Below are positions 62,648-64,000 of a stretch of 64,000 nucleotides of DNA, one piece after another. Both the position numbers and the translations under genes were made by a program. Positions within the stretch are counted from its first letter, which is position 1; every line of letters begins with the position of its first letter. The notes below the pieces were generated by a model. The model did not search any database. It was given only the letters and a program-made list of their open reading frames with translations, and had not been told where the DNA came from. Where the stretch lies: the IMG/VR virus record IMGVR_UViG_3300045997_000112, positions 32,001-96,000 of that record. One strand, written 5' to 3'. The stretch is from a virus.

Positions 62648-63373
62648 CTAGATGATGACCAGTTCGAGATGAGCAAGGGTTGCGTTCCAACGGAATGCCT
62701 TGGACGCCCCCGTGACATCCTTGACAGTGAAATCGGCCGAGCTGACCCCGCCCTGGAACCCGGCCCCATGGAGAACCTTGAGGTCGATCAGGTCCACATC
62801 GACGCACTGGAAGATGTCCCCGTCCTCCAGAGCCGTCGGGTCGCCCTTGTACTGCCCGGTCTCGGGAGCACCGGCGGGATCGACGATCTCGAATGCGACC
62901 CCGTTCCACCAGACGGTGGTGGGAACGCCCGCGAGATCGAGGGTGGCCGTCCACGACGGATCCATGGTGGCCCAGTTGGTGGGGAAGTTCGAGCGCCGAT
63001 CCGCGTTGAGCGCCCCGAGGCTGGAGTAGGCCGCACCCTCGCCCCGCTCCAGGAACGGTGCCGACGGGTTCCGGTATGCCGAGAGGACATGCACCAGCCG
63101 CGCCACCACCTCGTCGGTGGACAACCCGGTGCGCGGCTGTCCGTTGGCGTCGGTAAAGGTCCGGATCAGCTCCCCGGTGATCTTCCGCTGGGCGGTCACG
63201 TAGTACTCGAGGATCGCCAGCTGGTCCCCGGTGGACGGGGCCGCTGCGAAGGTGTCGTAGAGGTCCCCGACGACCTTCTTGATGTCGGCGGCCGAGATGA
63301 ACCCCGGGCCACTGCCGTCTTCCGGCTGCGGGTCCAGCGGCCGGAGGATCTCGATCTTGGTCAGGGCAGTCAT
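62648..63373 (-). CDS. Virion protein with shared N-terminal anchor motif
   Basis: GFISAADIKKVVGDLYD; WWNGVAF, FRWNAT. Confidence 0.75.
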   Translation of the reverse strand: MTALTKIEILRPLDPQPEDGSGPGFISAADIKKVVGDLYDTFAAAPSTGDQLAILEYYVTAQRKITGELIRTFTDANGQPRTGLSTDEVVARLVHVLSAYRNPSAPFLERGEGAAYSSLGALNADRRSNFPTNWATMDPSWTATLDLAGVPTTVWWNGVAFEIVDPAGAPETGQYKGDPTALEDGDIFQCVDVDLIDLKVLHGAGFQGGVSSADFTVKDVTGASKAFRWNATLAHLELVII

Positions 63374-63381
63374 CTCTCTCC

Positions 63382-64000
63382 TCAGGTCATGCTGTTCGTG
63401 GACTCGGACTCGTTGACGGACTCATCATTGGCGCTGCCCATCGGGCGGGCGTGCCAGTGACTGTCGTGGCCCCGAACCTTCGAGGTCACCTGGAACTGCT
63501 GCCCCTGGTGGGTCACCTGCTTGCCCCGGTGGGACCCCGGGCCCATGTTGAACACCTGGCCGCCAGAGCTGTTGGGACCGACGTGCTCCGGACCTTCCCG
63601 ACCGGGCAGGGCGATCGGCCCTCCCAGCGCGATCGGTCCTCCCATGGGGATGGGACGCTTCGGACCCGGACCCACGCTGGCCGGGACCAGCTTCCCCTCC
63701 AGGGGTGCCCCGGTGTCCGAGCTGGACAGGCCGCCGACCGGGCTGAAAGTGTTCCCCGGGCCCCTCGTGGGTCCCGGGTGCGCGCGAGCCTGCTGCTCCT
63801 GTCGGGCCTGGGCCCGCTGCTGGTTGCCCTCATCCACCCGCTCGGCGTACGCCCTCTGGGCCGTCTCCTGCAGGGGGCTCGTCTTCGGTGACCGGGATGC
63901 TGCTCCCGGCATGCCGAGGTTCACCTGGCCGAACGGCTCCGTGTTGCGCGGGCCGACATCAGCCGGGGCGTGGTACGTGTGCGGGTGCGGATCGAGGCCC
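63382..64000 (-). CDS. Low-complexity Gly/Pro/Gln-rich protein (5' end outside the window)
   Basis: The reading frame stays open from 63999 to the TGA at 63382. Confidence 0.6.
   Translation of the reverse strand, partial: GLDPHPHTYHAPADVGPRNTEPFGQVNLGMPGAASRSPKTSPLQETAQRAYAERVDEGNQQRAQARQEQQARAHPGPTRGPGNTFSPVGGLSSSDTGAPLEGKLVPASVGPGPKRPIPMGGPIALGGPIALPGREGPEHVGPNSSGGQVFNMGPGSHRGKQVTHQGQQFQVTSKVRGHDSHWHARPMGSANDESVNESESTNSMT

Noticed and set aside
1-64000. Looser motif CAAYNNTG as the real signal
   Set aside because: A rough expectation is already tens of copies, and many hits use ordinary codons. Enrichment cannot be claimed by eye, so only the tighter forms are reported.
1-64000. Stop-codon reassignment (alternative genetic code)
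   Set aside because: Conserved genes are full length in the standard code and end at TGA, TAG or TAA; no suppressor tRNA was seen.

Overview
This window is a 64-kb segment of a high-GC tailed phage with a contractile tail (myovirus). GC content, the lysin type and actinophage-style genes suggest an Actinomycetota host. The overall layout resembles mycobacteriophage cluster C / Rhodococcus E3-type myophages; this is inference, not a database result. Essentially every real gene is on the minus strand, so transcription runs from high to low coordinates. In that order the modules are: (1) a ~17-kb cluster of collagen-like fibre and carbohydrate-binding proteins with an embedded endolysin (63.4-46.2 kb); (2) holin-like, capsid-like and KTSC genes; (3) intein-containing large terminase, portal, scaffold and major capsid; (4) an accessory islet with tRNA-Asn, an HNH endonuclease and an Acb2/Tad1-like protein; (5) neck, sheath, tube, a frameshifted tail chaperone, tape measure, two paralogous enzyme-fused tube-like proteins, baseplate and tail fibres; (6) small accessory genes and a hairpin-rich candidate origin; (7) replication genes: degenerate DnaC-like, DnaB, primase, SNF2 helicase, SSB, PolA and RecA. 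The most unusual signal is a dispersed AT-rich pseudo-palindrome, CAACATTG/CAATGTTG. I counted 20 exact copies by eye against fewer than 1 expected. It is written into coding sequence in different reading frames using rare codons. Other notable signals are a five-member protein family sharing an N-terminal anchor motif and a tandem triplet of collagen-lectin genes. No integrase, CRISPR array or reverse transcriptase was seen.
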